In this document: positions 63,096 to 64,000 of the stretch, one piece after another
Numbering within the stretch: position 1 is the stretch's first letter
How the letters are laid out: the number at the start of each line of letters is the position of its first letter
NCBI GenBank assembly: GCA_020353515.1
Contig: CP070695.1
Location: 2,905,231 to 2,969,230 of the forward strand
DNA: 64,000 bases
Source: Candidatus Heimdallarchaeota archaeon
Lineage (GTDB): Archaea > Asgardarchaeota > Heimdallarchaeia > Hodarchaeales > Hodarchaeaceae
Reading direction: 5' to 3'
Made by a program: the position numbers and the translations under genes
The notes under the pieces: generated by a model
What the model saw: only the letters and a program-made list of their open reading frames with translations
What the model was told of the DNA's origin: nothing
Databases searched by the model: none

Positions 63096-64000
63096 ATGAC
63101 AAAAAATTTCAGTCCAACAAGCAATCTCATTGCATTATGTTTAGCCTCATTTGTTGTAGTAACAGGATTTGGAGTCATATTACCCTTCTTCCCCTTATAC
63201 GCTAAAGAGATATTATTTAAGTTCTACTTCCTCGGTTTCCCGATTGGAATAGCTTTCCAAATCGGGATAATGACCTCTGCTTTTATGTTTACAAGATTTC
63301 TTTTAGCTCCAGCATATGGCGACCTATCCGATGTTTCAGGACGAAAACCTATAATCCTAGTCGGAATGAGTATATACACATTTCTATTGTTCGGATTTGG
63401 TCTTGCATTTGACTTTTTATCGTTATTAACTTTGCGAGGATTGCAGGGAATAGCTTCTGCTGCTGTTTGGCCAGTTGGAGAGGCATTAATTGTCGATACA
63501 TCTTCTAAAACCTCAACAGGGAGAAATTTAGGCTATTATATTATGTCCATGCAGGCAGGAATGGCAGCTGGCCCATTTATAGGCTTTATCTTTTATGCAA
63601 GCCTAAATGGATTTGTTGGTTTCCCTCCATTGTTAGCATATCGTTTGACTTTCATATGTCAGGGGATTATGGGGCTTCTAGCAACTATAATAGTAGCTCT
63701 CTTGGTCAAAGATCCGAGTCAATTTGAGAAAGAGCCTTTATCCATCATTGCTAGTTTCGTGATTGCAATAAAACAGATGGGAAGAAAAACGATCCAGAGT
63801 CCAAAATATCTAATAACAATATTCTCTGGTTCAGCAGTTTATAGGAATAAGAGTCTTTATACAATTTATTTAGTAGCCATAATCAATGGTTTTGGTAATG
63901 CTATGATCTTTCCAATTATTGCCCTCTTTCTTGATGATTATTATTTATTAGACCCTGAAATCATCGCTTTGGTCATTGGTGTTGTAGGTATTCTTGCACT
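63096..64000 (+). CDS. MFS transporter (runs off the window end)
   Basis: ATG 63096 gives MTKNFSPTSNLIALCLASFVVVTGFGVILPFFP..., motif A GDLSDVSGRK and RGLQG. Absent from the ORF track, consistent with truncation. Confidence 0.88.
   Translation, partial: MTKNFSPTSNLIALCLASFVVVTGFGVILPFFPLYAKEILFKFYFLGFPIGIAFQIGIMTSAFMFTRFLLAPAYGDLSDVSGRKPIILVGMSIYTFLLFGFGLAFDFLSLLTLRGLQGIASAAVWPVGEALIVDTSSKTSTGRNLGYYIMSMQAGMAAGPFIGFIFYASLNGFVGFPPLLAYRLTFICQGIMGLLATIIVALLVKDPSQFEKEPLSIIASFVIAIKQMGRKTIQSPKYLITIFSGSAVYRNKSLYTIYLVAIINGFGNAMIFPIIALFLDDYYLLDPEIIALVIGVVGILA

Overview
AT-rich archaeal chromosomal window, almost certainly from an Asgard archaeon (Heimdallarchaeia-like; inferred). It encodes several eukaryotic signature proteins: a true actin, a Rab-like GTPase, a tandem Roadblock/LC7 protein and a uDENN/longin-like protein. 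Housekeeping and metabolic genes include PolB, PheRS alpha/beta, GdhA, TldD/E, beta-carbonic anhydrase, a GH4 glycosidase, MscS x2, and MFS and HAD proteins. There is also a membrane-anchored thioester alpha-2-macroglobulin, an orphan DUF1156 methyltransferase and two multi-PAS pseudo-histidine kinases. I saw no rRNA, tRNA, CRISPR array or transposase. Top findings: (1) a MoxR AAA+ and vWA gene pair joined by an apparently complete -1 frameshift signal (SD-like element, A10 slippery run, 6-nt spacer, H-type pseudoknot); (2) a gdhA locus with a structured 5' leader, a divergent receiver/PPDK-ATP-grasp protein and PAS pseudokinases; (3) a Pro-rich protein ending in a WH2-like LKKI motif in an actin-bearing genome; (4) an MFS-DUF47 fusion; (5) a Roadblock/Rab cluster with two dead nuclease-fold proteins; (6) a possible ncRNA divergent from actin, plus unannotated micro-ORFs. 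All family calls come from motif recognition by eye, not database searches.
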